A stretch of 64,000 nt of DNA from Nitrospirota bacterium (lineage in GTDB: Bacteria > Nitrospirota > Thermodesulfovibrionia > Thermodesulfovibrionales > UBA9159), in the NCBI GenBank assembly GCA_963699545.1, contig CAVOUE010000009.1, positions 32,001-96,000 of the forward strand, read 5' to 3'. The translations under genes were made by a program, and so were the position numbers. Within the stretch, counting starts at the first letter, position 1. Each line of letters opens with the position of its first letter. Below the pieces are notes generated by a model. That model made no database searches. It was not told where the DNA came from and was given only the letters and a program-made list of their open reading frames with translations. Of the stretch, positions 21,270-30,718 are shown piece after piece.

Positions 21270-21298
21270 ATTATATAAAATGCTCTCTGATTATTCAA
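21270..21298 (-). promoter_or_regulatory. Sigma-70 promoter for the nifU-amidase run
   Basis: TTGAAT-N17-TATAAT on the minus strand. Confidence 0.6.
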
Positions 21299-21321
21299 GT
21301 AATTTCTTTGCTTGCCCTTTT

Positions 21322-22515
21322 TCACTTCCCAAAGGGACAGACCGGATAATTACATGCCTCGCATTTCATGCACAATCCGCCGTGGCCGAGTTCCGCTAGC
21401 TGTCTTCTGCCGATGATTTCCCCGGCAAGGATCCTGGGAAGTACCAGGTCAAAGATCGTTGTCCTGGCATACATGCCGCAGGCCGGAATCCCGAGAATGG
21501 GGATCACTGACGAGTGATGAGTGGTGAGTGGTGAGTTTCCCATACTTTCTTTTGGCTTGTTACTTGTTACTTTCAACTCGTTACTGACGTAAAGGTACGC
21601 CACAAGAAACATGGCCCCCGGCAAGACTGCCGAGCCGTAGGTGACATCGATTGCACCGAGGTTTCCTATCGCGAACCTTGTGACGTCATCAGGGTCAACG
21701 GACATCCCGCCTGTTGTGATGAGCAGGTCCGCACCGGCATTGATCAGCTCTCTCAGCCTTGTCTCAATAAATGATTCGTCGTCAGGCGCGTAGTATGTTC
21801 CGACAATCTCTCCGCCGAATGCCTTTATCTTGTTTGTTATGACCGGTGAAAAGGCGTCCTTCACCCTCCCGTAATATACTTCGTTCCCTGTGATGACCAC
21901 TCCTGCCCGCGGCTTCCTGATCTCTTTCACATGAATAACTTTACCGGCCTTCTCACCAATGCTGACAGCCGCCTGGACAATGTCCTTTCTTACGGTCAGG
22001 GGAACCGCCCTCGTGCCGGCAATGGTCTGTCCTTTCTTCACTACAGTATTGTTATGGAGTGTTGCGCACATGACTTCGCCCAGCATGTTGAACGCGAGGA
22101 GCGCATCTTTATCTATTCTAAGAAGCCCGTCTGCCTCAGCGATGATGTTTATCTTGCCTTCCTTCGGTTCCCCTCTTATACCCACACCCTCTCCCATGAG
22201 GGCATTCGCAAGAGCATAGGCTGCATCGTCTTCGTGCATCTCATCATCTGCGATATTCAGGACAAAGAGATTTTCCTTACCGAGCCTCTGGAGATGGCAT
22301 ACATCCTCCTCCCTGATCACATGCCCTTTCTTAAAGGCCCGTCCCTTGAACTCTCCCGGCCGTATCTCGGTTATGTCATGGGCCAGGACTGTGCCCACCG
22401 CCTCGGTCACCGGAATACGCCCGGAAGTCTGGAAGGTTGGAAGTTCAGAAGTCTTTGGGTCCATTGCTTCCGTGCTTCCGCTCCTTTGCCCTTCTGCCCT
22501 TTCGCTCTCACACAT
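21322..22515 (-). CDS. Molybdopterin-binding (MoeA/MoaB-like) protein with C-terminal Cys cluster; two periodic-repeat insertions
   Basis: EAVGTVLAHDITEI, ITGNEV, TGGMSVDPDD, GGLCMKCEACNYPVCPFGK. Confidence 0.88.
   Translation of the reverse strand: MCESERAEGQRSGSTEAMDPKTSELPTFQTSGRIPVTEAVGTVLAHDITEIRPGEFKGRAFKKGHVIREEDVCHLQRLGKENLFVLNIADDEMHEDDAAYALANALMGEGVGIRGEPKEGKINIIAEADGLLRIDKDALLAFNMLGEVMCATLHNNTVVKKGQTIAGTRAVPLTVRKDIVQAAVSIGEKAGKVIHVKEIRKPRAGVVITGNEVYYGRVKDAFSPVITNKIKAFGGEIVGTYYAPDDESFIETRLRELINAGADLLITTGGMSVDPDDVTRFAIGNLGAIDVTYGSAVLPGAMFLVAYLYVSNELKVTSNKPKESMGNSPLTTHHSSVIPILGIPACGMYARTTIFDLVLPRILAGEIIGRRQLAELGHGGLCMKCEACNYPVCPFGK
21512..21590. repeat. Intragenic inverted array of 7-nt units
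   Basis: GAGTGAT GAGTGGT GAGTGGT GAGTTTC ... CTTGTTA CTTGTTA CTTTCAA CTCGTTA. Confidence 0.8.
22423..22504. repeat. Intragenic inverted array of 8-nt units
   Basis: GGAAGTCT GGAAGGTT GGAAGTTC AGAAGTCT ... TGCTTCCG TGCTTCCG CTCCTTTG CCCTTCTG CCCTTTCG. Confidence 0.75.
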
Positions 22516-22526
22516 AAAAACCTCCT

Positions 22527-23489
22527 CTATGATCCTTTTGCCATGAATATTTTGTCGAATCGCTCATCGACCAGCTCCTGCATCCCTTTCTCCAGGGCTT
22601 CGTAATTCTTCAGGAATTTTCGCGCATCTTCGGTCAGGACCGCTCCGCCACCGTTTTTTCCGCCTGTCTGCCGCTCGACCAGCTTCATGCCGAGCCTTTC
22701 TTCCATAGCCTTTATATATCCCCAGGCCTTCCTGTAAGAGATATTTATCTCCTTTGCGGCCCGGTTTATGGAACCATGCTTGTCGATCGCCCTGAGCAAA
22801 TACCTTCTGCCCTTCCCGAAGACGGGCTCGCCGTTCATTTCTATCCAGAGCTTGGATCTGATCTCCATACCGCTATGACTACCTTGCATAACGGGCGGCG
22901 AAAAAAAAGTCTTCCGGGTCGCGTAATAACTTCCCTCGTCGCATGACTTGCAGAGCACCTTGCCGCTCCTATGGACTTCTCTCTTATCCTGAACATGTTC
23001 TCCACATGCATCACATTTGATGCGTCGCATCGGTCTTCCCGGCATATCCTCAGGTTTAAGCTCTACGCACACTTCCATCATGTCAAAGAGCTCGCCGTCA
23101 GGCATTATCTTGTATGCTTCGATCTGGGCGGCGTATTTGTCTTCCGTCTTATTCTGACAGGCCTTTGCCTTTTCCCTGGCCTCTTCCCTTCCGATGATCC
23201 TGACCGCTTTCCCTGTCTTCAGGTCCACAAAGGTCGCAGCCATCTTTCCGTAATCCAGGAACTTCATTGTCCTGTGTCCAAGACTGCAACCCGTGACGGA
23301 CTGAATGGCGTCGGTTGCACACCGGTCCATCTCGACGAACACGATGAGGCTCTTTTTGTCCTTCCCCTTCGGATCCGTGATCCCGATCTCCCGCAGCCCG
23401 AGGATGGACATCCTTACCCCGAGCACCTGGCCCGGACACAGATGGCCGTGAATCTTGGTCGATTCTTTCAGCAGCAGCTCAAAATCCAT
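22527..23489 (-). CDS. FmdE-family protein + C4 zinc finger fused to a ModE-type winged-helix domain
   Basis: HGHLCPGQVLG, CATDAIQSVTGCSLG, CDAC..CKSC, then LLRAIDKHGSINRAAKEINISYRKAW...GGKNGGGAVLT. Confidence 0.87.
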   Translation of the reverse strand: MDFELLLKESTKIHGHLCPGQVLGVRMSILGLREIGITDPKGKDKKSLIVFVEMDRCATDAIQSVTGCSLGHRTMKFLDYGKMAATFVDLKTGKAVRIIGREEAREKAKACQNKTEDKYAAQIEAYKIMPDGELFDMMEVCVELKPEDMPGRPMRRIKCDACGEHVQDKREVHRSGKVLCKSCDEGSYYATRKTFFSPPVMQGSHSGMEIRSKLWIEMNGEPVFGKGRRYLLRAIDKHGSINRAAKEINISYRKAWGYIKAMEERLGMKLVERQTGGKNGGGAVLTEDARKFLKNYEALEKGMQELVDERFDKIFMAKGS

Positions 23490-23566
23490 AACTCCAAACA
23501 CTCTCTTGCCTTATTGATATTTAATACTACCATACCACCTGGAAATGTAAATGTTCCGTTCATCGG

Positions 23567-24151
23567 CTATTTCAAGAACGAAAGGAAAGAAGCCGTCGCC
23601 CTTGACAATTCCCGGTAAAGCAGTAAAACGGCTGCATCTTCCATATCGCGTGCAAAATTAGGAAGCCACTCCATCAGGTGCTCCCTGATGAATTTGTCAG
23701 CTATCTTAACGTAATGATCTCTGTTCCCTGTCTCGTCACTTATCCTTTGGAACAGTATGGCCAGAAAATTCAGTTCGGCCCCAATGTGGTCGGGCATTAC
23801 GTCGGCCGAATTGACCGTTAAGCCAGTTTCGCGGTAAAGGTCCAGAACCTCATCGGCCGCTGTCTGCATCATCAGTCCTTTCGGAGATGTATAAACGGAT
23901 TCCCAAGGCGGACACGGCAATTTGTAGGGCCCTATAAAAAGCCGCGTATATTCCCACAGGAGGTCCTCCATCTCCTGCTCGGATGCTGGGTCTATCTCGT
24001 CGACCGCCTTTTTCAGGTCATGCATGAAGATCGCGGCATCATCAGCGAGCAGCCTTTTCCAGTTTTCTACAGCTTCTTTCGAAGGTTTGCACAAGTACAT
24101 GTTGCTCATCAGGTTAAGCGCCATTGCCGGACTCATCATCGTAATAACCAT
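23567..24151 (-). CDS. TorD/DmsD-family molybdoenzyme chaperone
   Basis: EYTRLFIGP, PPWESVY, PDHIGAELNF. Confidence 0.92.
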   Translation of the reverse strand: MVITMMSPAMALNLMSNMYLCKPSKEAVENWKRLLADDAAIFMHDLKKAVDEIDPASEQEMEDLLWEYTRLFIGPYKLPCPPWESVYTSPKGLMMQTAADEVLDLYRETGLTVNSADVMPDHIGAELNFLAILFQRISDETGNRDHYVKIADKFIREHLMEWLPNFARDMEDAAVLLLYRELSRATASFLSFLK

Positions 24152-24203
24152 AATAACCTCTGCATGGGAGAGCGGCACAAGGCCGCTCTCCCATGGACTC
24201 TTT

Positions 24204-24779
24204 TCATTTGTTCTCGGAGAATCTCACCGACGGGATCGTCATCTTTGGATCTGAAAACGCCGGCAACCTGTCCTTGAGAGGTCTTCTGTATATCTCAGGG
24301 GGTGTCTTCTGAGCCTCGATGTCCGACATTTTCCCATGCCACAAGGCATACCCCGGGCAGGTTCTCACACAAGCCGGTGGTAAACCTTCCTTCAGTCTGT
24401 GAATGCAAAGCGTGCATTTGTCCATTTTCTTCTTTTTCTCATCAAAGGTCGGCGCTCCGTAAGGACATGCAGCAGCACAGCGCTTGCAGCCTATGCACTT
24501 GTCCTGGTTGATCAGGACAACGCCGAACTCCGGCTCCTTTGTTATTGCCTGAGACGGACAGGCTTTCATGCACGCAGGCTCAGTGCAATGATTGCAGGCT
24601 GTGGAGAGATACCTGACCTTGGTATTGGGATACTTACCATCTTCTTTTATGATGACTCTCCTGCGCCTCACTCCTATAGGCAAATCAAATTCCTGCTTGC
24701 ATCCCGCTTCACAGGCCCTGCATGCGATGCAATTATTCTCGTTGTAATACCAACCTACCTGTTTTGGATTCTTTGCCAT
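24204..24779 (-). CDS. Four-cluster [4Fe-4S] subunit (DmsB/PsrB type)
   Basis: CIACRACEAGC, CNHCTEPACMKACP, CIGCKRCAAACP, CTLC..PACVRTCP. Confidence 0.93.
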   Translation of the reverse strand: MAKNPKQVGWYYNENNCIACRACEAGCKQEFDLPIGVRRRRVIIKEDGKYPNTKVRYLSTACNHCTEPACMKACPSQAITKEPEFGVVLINQDKCIGCKRCAAACPYGAPTFDEKKKKMDKCTLCIHRLKEGLPPACVRTCPGYALWHGKMSDIEAQKTPPEIYRRPLKDRLPAFSDPKMTIPSVRFSENK

Positions 24780-24792
24780 GTTTATAACCTCC

Positions 24793-27288
24793 CTATACCT
24801 TCACCAGCTTGACGCCGATCTCTTTGTGGACCGCCATGCCGGAGAACTTCTCCGCCTTGCCGGGCAAGAACTGTCCGTCATTGGTCCCCGCAGGAGACCA
24901 TGCATTGATTTTATTTAAGGATCCCTTCGCCACCTTGCCGAAGCCCCAGTGTCCATAGCCGTGCTGGAGTGCGACCACCTCGGGATGTATCCTTTCCGTC
25001 ACCTGAACGGTGCCCTTGGCCTTCGCAAAGGGAGATTCAATCCAGACGGCGTCCCCATCCTTGAGCCCGAGTTTGGCCGCCGTTGCCGAATTGATGAGCA
25101 GCGGATTGTCAGGTTTCATCTCCATCAGATAATCGTTATTGAAGGTCCTCGAATGGGTATGCTCGTTCTGCTTGAAATTGACGAGATACAGCGGGAATTC
25201 GGAAGTCGGCTTGTCTTCGGGGTCGCTATACTCGGGAAGGCCGCTGTATTTATGCTTCTTCAGAAAGGCAGAAGTAACTTCGAGCTTTCTCGTCGGAGTA
25301 TCAAAGCCCTTCATGATTTTGTCGCCGATCTTTACGCCGACTGCCTTGCCGTCCTTGTCCTTGACAACACCCGTCTTTTCATCGACAATGCCGCCTTCGG
25401 GCATCTTCACTTCCTTTCTGAACTTCTCATACTCGGTCTTGCCGCTCATGGCGAGGGTCGATTTCTTGTACGCCTCCCAGTCCTGCTCTTTGGCATATGC
25501 GGTCGGTTTATACTCATCTGCATAATAGGCGTCATAGGAATGCTCGGTAGGGGCATACCCTTTCTTGTCCTTCATGCCAAGTTTCTTCATTACTGCCATC
25601 CAGAACTCTACCTCGGTGAGGCCGTTAATGACCGACTTCACAACTGGCTTTCTCAGGCCAAGCACAGGCCATGTGACCCAGTATCCGGTAAAGTCGTACC
25701 TCTCAAGATACACTGAGCCCGGGATAACTATGTCCGCAAGTTCTGCCGTCTCGCTCATATGTGTGTCGTTTACGACCACATATTCGAGCTTCTTTATGAA
25801 GTCCACATTCTTCTTCGTGTTCGGAACTGACATGACAAAATTCTGATATACGAAAACACCTGCCTTCGGTACTCCCGAGCCCTGGGATGATTCCTTACCG
25901 TTCAGGACTACGTCTCTGGTCTCGACATAAATGCCTGAGCCGTGACCGAGGATGTATTTGGTTCCTTTGCCGTCAACCCTCGGTTTCTTAAGGGAAGGCG
26001 CATCGTAGTCGAGACTATGATGTTTGTTGCCTATCTTACTTGGCTCCATCATAGTACCCGGTTTGTCGATCATTCCGAGCAAAGCTGGAAGAACCGTAAT
26101 GGCATATCCCCCCAGGGTCGCGTTCGTGTGATGCCCTGGCCCGCTCCATGTATCGATACAAACTGGTTTTCCGGTCTTTGCCAACTCTCCCATCTCGGTG
26201 GCTATTTGTTCAATAGTCCTGGCCGAGACAGATGTGATCTTCTCTGCCCATTCAGGCGTCTTATCTGCAACAAATTTCGCATATTCATCAAAACCGACGC
26301 ACCATTCATCGATGAAGGCCTTGTTGACAAGGTTCTTCTTGATCAGGACATGACCAATGGCGAGAGCCATTGCACCGTCTGTCCCGGGTCTCAGCGGCAC
26401 CCACTGGTCTGCCTTTGCCGCCGTTTGGCTGCAGAAGGGATCAACATAAACCATCCTTGCACCCTTCGCCCTGCCCCTGTTCCATATGCCCGGCAGGAGG
26501 ATCCACTTTGTTGCTCCCAGGAGGTTCCAGCCGAATACTAGGGCATACGAGGTGTCTTCAAAATCCGCAAGGGGACGTTCATTTCCCATGACCAGTTTAA
26601 ATGAAGCCTTTCTCGCAACGTCACAGAGGTTGGCATGATTATGGTAATTGGGAGTGCCGTACATCTTGCAGAAGTCCTGCTGGATATGAGTAAAGCAGTG
26701 GTCTTCGCTGAACCATGCAAGACTCTCCGCACCGTGCTTATCCTTTATCTTCTGAAGATTGTCTGCAACCTGGTTGATTGCCTCTTCCCATGAGATTGCC
26801 TTCCATTTGCCGCTGCCTCTCTCACCGACTCTGACCATAGGGGTTTTCAGCCTGTCAGGATCATAGAGGGATCTCAGCCCTGAGTTGCCTTTCGAACAGA
26901 GCCTGCCTGCGGCGTCGTTATCCTTATACATGGCGCCCAGCTTTTTAACTACCTTGTCGAAATTTGTCGAAATATTGGCAATGTTGTTAGGGTTGGCAAT
27001 ACCCTCGATCTTTACCGCCCTACCGTTGACAACCTTGACTTTGATGCCGGACTGACCACCGCACATATTGCAGTTACTGTAAATCCATTCACCCTCTTTA
27101 AGGCTTTTCTCCTGTGCGCTCGCTTCTCTGAAAAGACCGAGTTTCTCGTCCCAGAGAATGCCGCTGGCTATCGCAGCACCTGCTAGCGCCGACGACCATT
27201 TCAGGAAAGTCCGCCGCGTGAACTGCTTTCCTGTAGCACCTTCAAACAGACTCTTTTCTTCTTCGGTTATATCTCTTCTTTCGCTCAT
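24793..27288 (-). CDS. Tat-exported Mo/W-bisPGD oxidoreductase catalytic subunit, PsrA/PhsA-like clade, substrate unknown
   Basis: GGAGG RBS, TRRTFLK signal, CNMCGGQS...LCSKG, YDPDRLKTP, YGTPNYHNHANLC (Cys ligand), HTHSRT. Confidence 0.88.
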   Translation of the reverse strand: MSERRDITEEEKSLFEGATGKQFTRRTFLKWSSALAGAAIASGILWDEKLGLFREASAQEKSLKEGEWIYSNCNMCGGQSGIKVKVVNGRAVKIEGIANPNNIANISTNFDKVVKKLGAMYKDNDAAGRLCSKGNSGLRSLYDPDRLKTPMVRVGERGSGKWKAISWEEAINQVADNLQKIKDKHGAESLAWFSEDHCFTHIQQDFCKMYGTPNYHNHANLCDVARKASFKLVMGNERPLADFEDTSYALVFGWNLLGATKWILLPGIWNRGRAKGARMVYVDPFCSQTAAKADQWVPLRPGTDGAMALAIGHVLIKKNLVNKAFIDEWCVGFDEYAKFVADKTPEWAEKITSVSARTIEQIATEMGELAKTGKPVCIDTWSGPGHHTNATLGGYAITVLPALLGMIDKPGTMMEPSKIGNKHHSLDYDAPSLKKPRVDGKGTKYILGHGSGIYVETRDVVLNGKESSQGSGVPKAGVFVYQNFVMSVPNTKKNVDFIKKLEYVVVNDTHMSETAELADIVIPGSVYLERYDFTGYWVTWPVLGLRKPVVKSVINGLTEVEFWMAVMKKLGMKDKKGYAPTEHSYDAYYADEYKPTAYAKEQDWEAYKKSTLAMSGKTEYEKFRKEVKMPEGGIVDEKTGVVKDKDGKAVGVKIGDKIMKGFDTPTRKLEVTSAFLKKHKYSGLPEYSDPEDKPTSEFPLYLVNFKQNEHTHSRTFNNDYLMEMKPDNPLLINSATAAKLGLKDGDAVWIESPFAKAKGTVQVTERIHPEVVALQHGYGHWGFGKVAKGSLNKINAWSPAGTNDGQFLPGKAEKFSGMAVHKEIGVKLVKV

Positions 27289-27302
27289 TCTGTTTCCTCC
27301 TC

Positions 27303-27656
27303 TTATTGTGCAAATAAGACTTTGGCGCCTTTTACCCCGCCACTGTGGCATCCGGCACAAAGCTGCGAGTCGACCTGTTTCCTCAATGCAGCTGCGGAAC
27401 CGTCTCTCAAATCAATTGACTTGTGACAGTCCGAGCACTGCTTCGGCGTTGCAAGCTTGGATTCAAGGTGTACCCTGTGAAAGGTCTTGAACTTCTTGTT
27501 CGCGGACACGTCTTTCTTGATGTTGCCGTGGCAGGCCAGACACTCCTTCGTGCTCACCTTGCCGGCATTCTTATGTAGGTCAATGAGATTCTTCTCGTCC
27601 GCTCCGGCAGCTGAAGCAAACAATAAAACCAGGCAGACAATCAAAGCCTTCTTCAT
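27303..27656 (-). CDS. Periplasmic triheme cytochrome c
   Basis: Signal peptide MKKALIV...; CLACH, CSDCH, CAGCH; AGGAGG RBS. Confidence 0.88.
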   Translation of the reverse strand: MKKALIVCLVLLFASAAGADEKNLIDLHKNAGKVSTKECLACHGNIKKDVSANKKFKTFHRVHLESKLATPKQCSDCHKSIDLRDGSAAALRKQVDSQLCAGCHSGGVKGAKVLFAQ

Positions 27657-27738
27657 ATTCCTCCTCCTTTCGTTCTTTTTCACGTCCTATTTTTCTCACC
27701 TCATCAATTTTTTTGCATGATAGAACCCTTCTATTAGT

Positions 27739-27754
27739 TACAACTTTCTTGCCA
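27739..27754 (-). promoter_or_regulatory. Sigma-54 (-24/-12) promoter
   Basis: TGGCAAG-AAAG-TTGTA versus consensus TGGCACG-N4-TTGCW; lies next to an NtrC-type activator gene. Confidence 0.7.
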
Positions 27755-27758
27755 GTTG

Positions 27759-27771
27759 TAACGTATTGATT
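27759..27771 (-). promoter_or_regulatory. IHF-binding site
   Basis: AATCAA-TACG-TTA matches WATCAA-N4-TTR. Confidence 0.6.
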
Positions 27772-27793
27772 TGTTGGAATTATTTCTCGGGGA

Positions 27794-27898
27794 GTGTTAC
27801 GAAAAGGAAACACCCAAAAGGTGTTACCGCTAACTAATTGACTTGATTATGTTTTTTCGTGAAGGGCAAAAAGGAGTGCCGTTACTTTTCTGTAACAC
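27794..27898. promoter_or_regulatory. Two enhancer-like palindromes (consensus GTGTTAC-N6-GTAACAC)
   Basis: GTGTTAC-gaaaag-GAAACAC (27794-27813) and CCGTTAC-ttttct-GTAACAC (27879-27898); half site GTGTTAC at 27821. Confidence 0.6.
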
Positions 27899-27914
27899 TT
27901 ACCAATAGCAGATG

Positions 27915-29252
27915 CTATTCAATTCCATATGCCTTCATCTTTTCCCACAGAGTCTTTCTGCTTATACCGAGCATCTCTGCTGCCTTTGTTTTGTTACCTT
28001 GTGTGGTTTGCAGTACCATGATGATGTGGCCTTTCTCAGCATCAGCAGCGATATCGGAAAGGAAAAGGCTTTTTGCTTCTGGCGTATCAGTCCTGATATA
28101 AGAGGGCAGTGCATCCTTGCTGATCACATCAGACATAGAAAGGATTATGCACCGTTCTATGATATTCTCAAGTTCCCTCACATTTCCCGGGTAGTCATAG
28201 GCAAGAAGCATTTCAACAGCTTCGTTGGAAAAGCGGACATTCTTTGAGGTCCTCTTCCTGTATCTGTCCATGAACAACTCGACGAGAAGGGGGATATCCG
28301 CTCTCCTATCCCTTAATGGCGGAAGGGTCATTGGTATGACATTAAGACGGTAATACAGGTCTTCCCTGAAGCGTCCCGCTTTGACTTCTTCTTCCAGGTT
28401 TTTATTTGTCGCAGCGATAATCCTCACATCAACATTCAATGTTACGGTACCACCGATCCTTTCAAACTGCCTTTCCTGTATGACCCTTAAAATCTTAGCC
28501 TGAGTCGCAGGAGGAAGATCTCCAACCTCATCGAGAAAAATAGTGCCTCCGTTGGCGAGTTCAAATCTGCCGGGCTTTCTCCTCACTGCACCCGTAAATG
28601 CTCCGCGCTCATGTCCGAACAGCTCGCTCTCTATAAGTCCTTCAGGCAGGGCAGCACAATTGACCTTTAAAAGAGGCCGGTCTTTCCTTTTGCTCTGATA
28701 ATGGATCGTCGTGGCAACGAGCTCTTTGCCTGTTCCGCTCTCACCGAGGATGAGGACCGTCGCATCCGACACAGAGACCTTTTCAATCAGGGAAAATACC
28801 TTCTTCATCTCAGCGCTTTCACCGATAATGTTGGGAGCGCAGTAACACTTGTTTAGGTCTTTTTTAAGCCTTATGTTCTCCTCTTTCAGCCGTTTTATTT
28901 CGAGCGCACGCTCAACGAGCAAAAGGAATTCATCGAGCGCAAAAGGCTTGGTTATGTAATCGAAGGCCCCAAGTTTCATGGCTTCAACAGCGTCCTTTAT
29001 CGTACCGTAGGCGGTCATAACAATCACCGGAGCATCTTTTGTCCTGGTAATCTCCCGTACAATAGCGAATCCGTCCATATCAGGGAGTCTGACATCGGTC
29101 ACAGCGACATCAAAGAAATCACTCTTCATAGCCTGTAAGGCAGGGCCACCTGCCTCAAAAGACATAACTTCATATCCTGCACCTTTGAGGGCGTCTTCAA
29201 GGGTGACGCGCATAATCTTTTCATCTTCGATGAGCAGGACCGTTTCTTTCAT
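27915..29252 (-). CDS. Sigma-54-dependent response regulator (NtrC family)
   Basis: REC domain, [14 protein letters not shown], Fis-type HTH. Confidence 0.96.
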   Translation of the reverse strand: MKETVLLIEDEKIMRVTLEDALKGAGYEVMSFEAGGPALQAMKSDFFDVAVTDVRLPDMDGFAIVREITRTKDAPVIVMTAYGTIKDAVEAMKLGAFDYITKPFALDEFLLLVERALEIKRLKEENIRLKKDLNKCYCAPNIIGESAEMKKVFSLIEKVSVSDATVLILGESGTGKELVATTIHYQSKRKDRPLLKVNCAALPEGLIESELFGHERGAFTGAVRRKPGRFELANGGTIFLDEVGDLPPATQAKILRVIQERQFERIGGTVTLNVDVRIIAATNKNLEEEVKAGRFREDLYYRLNVIPMTLPPLRDRRADIPLLVELFMDRYRKRTSKNVRFSNEAVEMLLAYDYPGNVRELENIIERCIILSMSDVISKDALPSYIRTDTPEAKSLFLSDIAADAEKGHIIMVLQTTQGNKTKAAEMLGISRKTLWEKMKAYGIE

Positions 29253-30718
29253 ACCACCTGAGCCGAGGGGAAACGCAGAATGAATCTGCTGCCTTTCCCA
29301 ATGTCGCTTTCCACCGAAATTTCACCATTGTAGTTCCTGACTATCTCATAGGTCAACCAGAGCCCCAGCCCGGTGCCCTCACCGGTAGACTTTGTCGTGA
29401 AAAAAGGATCGAATATCTTGCTGATATTTTCCGCCTCGATGCCGCAACCGCTATCCACCACCTCGATTATCACCTTCGAATCTTCCTTGTATCCCCTGAC
29501 CTGAAGTAAACCGCCGTCCTTCATGGCATGAATGGCATTGATGAAGAGGTTCAGCAGCAACTGCTGGAAATCATGCACATCAAAGATGAAGCGCACATCC
29601 TCAGGAACCTCATTCCTGAAAGCAATCCTGCCCTTTTTCATCTTGTACTCAAGAAAGGAGTAGACACTGTCCACAGAGTTTCTGATGTTCATGTCAACAG
29701 GTGCATGCTCGGCCTTCCGTGACATCCATAACAGCTTGCTGACGGTATTTTCTATCTTGTCCAGTCCTTCGTTTACGAGTTCCAGATACTTCTCCCTGAG
29801 TTCAGGGTTGTCGCTGTTCTGCTTGAGCATCTGGAGACAGTTAAAGATGCCGCCGAGAGGATTGTTGATCTCATGCGCAACGCCGGCAGCAAGAATGCCG
29901 ACAGAGGCGAGTTTTTCGGATTGGACGAGCTTCTCATGTGTCTTCTTCAGTTCCTCATTTGCCTGCTTGATCCTCTCGATCATGCTGTTGAATCGCTCTC
30001 CCAGAACAGCAAGCTCATCATGCCCTTTTACGTCAACCCTGAGATCAAGATAGTCTCCCCTTGCCTGTTCCATCGTATTTGCAAGCTGTGTTATTGGACT
30101 GATGAACCGGCGACTTAACAGCAGAATGATTGCAAAGCCCGCTGCGAGGAGGGCAACAGTCAAGATCATGATTCTTTTGACGGTTGCCAGAATTTCATGC
30201 TCGGCCCTTTCGAGGGATATGCCGAATTTCAGCGTTCCCCAGCGTTTCTTGCCGATGGATAAAGGCACGCCGAAATCGAGGGCGTTATGGTCCTTACCCG
30301 CGAAATGCTGTATGACCGTGGTATCCGCCTTAAGGGCCTTTTGCGTCAATGGGTCAGAGTACAGTTTTCCATATTCGGTAATGTTGTTGTGGGATATCAC
30401 CTTGCCTTCTTCATCCAGGATTGCGATATAGAGAAGGTCGGCATCCTGTCTGTTATATATCTCGAGGATATAGTTATCAAGAAGCCCCCCCTCTTCCACA
30501 AGACCAAGCCTCTCGTAAATAAGGTCGTTGATGATCGGGATGGCAAGCGTTTCTCCAAGCAATTTCCCCTGCTTTTCAACTTCAGCATAAAGTATCTTCT
30601 TTTCACGTTCGACTGCAAGATATCCGACAATGCTCATGACCATGATTATTGCACAGGTTGTGATGAGAATAAACTTATACTGGAGCCCCAGCCTTGAAAC
30701 CAGTTTTACTCTACTCAT
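29249..30718 (-). CDS. HAMP sensor histidine kinase
   Basis: Two TM helices, HAMP, AHEINNPL, NLFINA, DSGCG, GTGLGL. Confidence 0.95.
   Translation of the reverse strand: MSRVKLVSRLGLQYKFILITTCAIIMVMSIVGYLAVEREKKILYAEVEKQGKLLGETLAIPIINDLIYERLGLVEEGGLLDNYILEIYNRQDADLLYIAILDEEGKVISHNNITEYGKLYSDPLTQKALKADTTVIQHFAGKDHNALDFGVPLSIGKKRWGTLKFGISLERAEHEILATVKRIMILTVALLAAGFAIILLLSRRFISPITQLANTMEQARGDYLDLRVDVKGHDELAVLGERFNSMIERIKQANEELKKTHEKLVQSEKLASVGILAAGVAHEINNPLGGIFNCLQMLKQNSDNPELREKYLELVNEGLDKIENTVSKLLWMSRKAEHAPVDMNIRNSVDSVYSFLEYKMKKGRIAFRNEVPEDVRFIFDVHDFQQLLLNLFINAIHAMKDGGLLQVRGYKEDSKVIIEVVDSGCGIEAENISKIFDPFFTTKSTGEGTGLGLWLTYEIVRNYNGEISVESDIGKGSRFILRFPSAQVV

Noticed and set aside
24793-27288. Calling the molybdoenzyme arrA, arxA or aioA because of the ars genes
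   Set aside because: It lacks the ArrA RGRY and CQGC-type motifs, has no Rieske partner, and has a Cys ligand unlike AioA; only a PsrA/PhsA-like placement is supportable.
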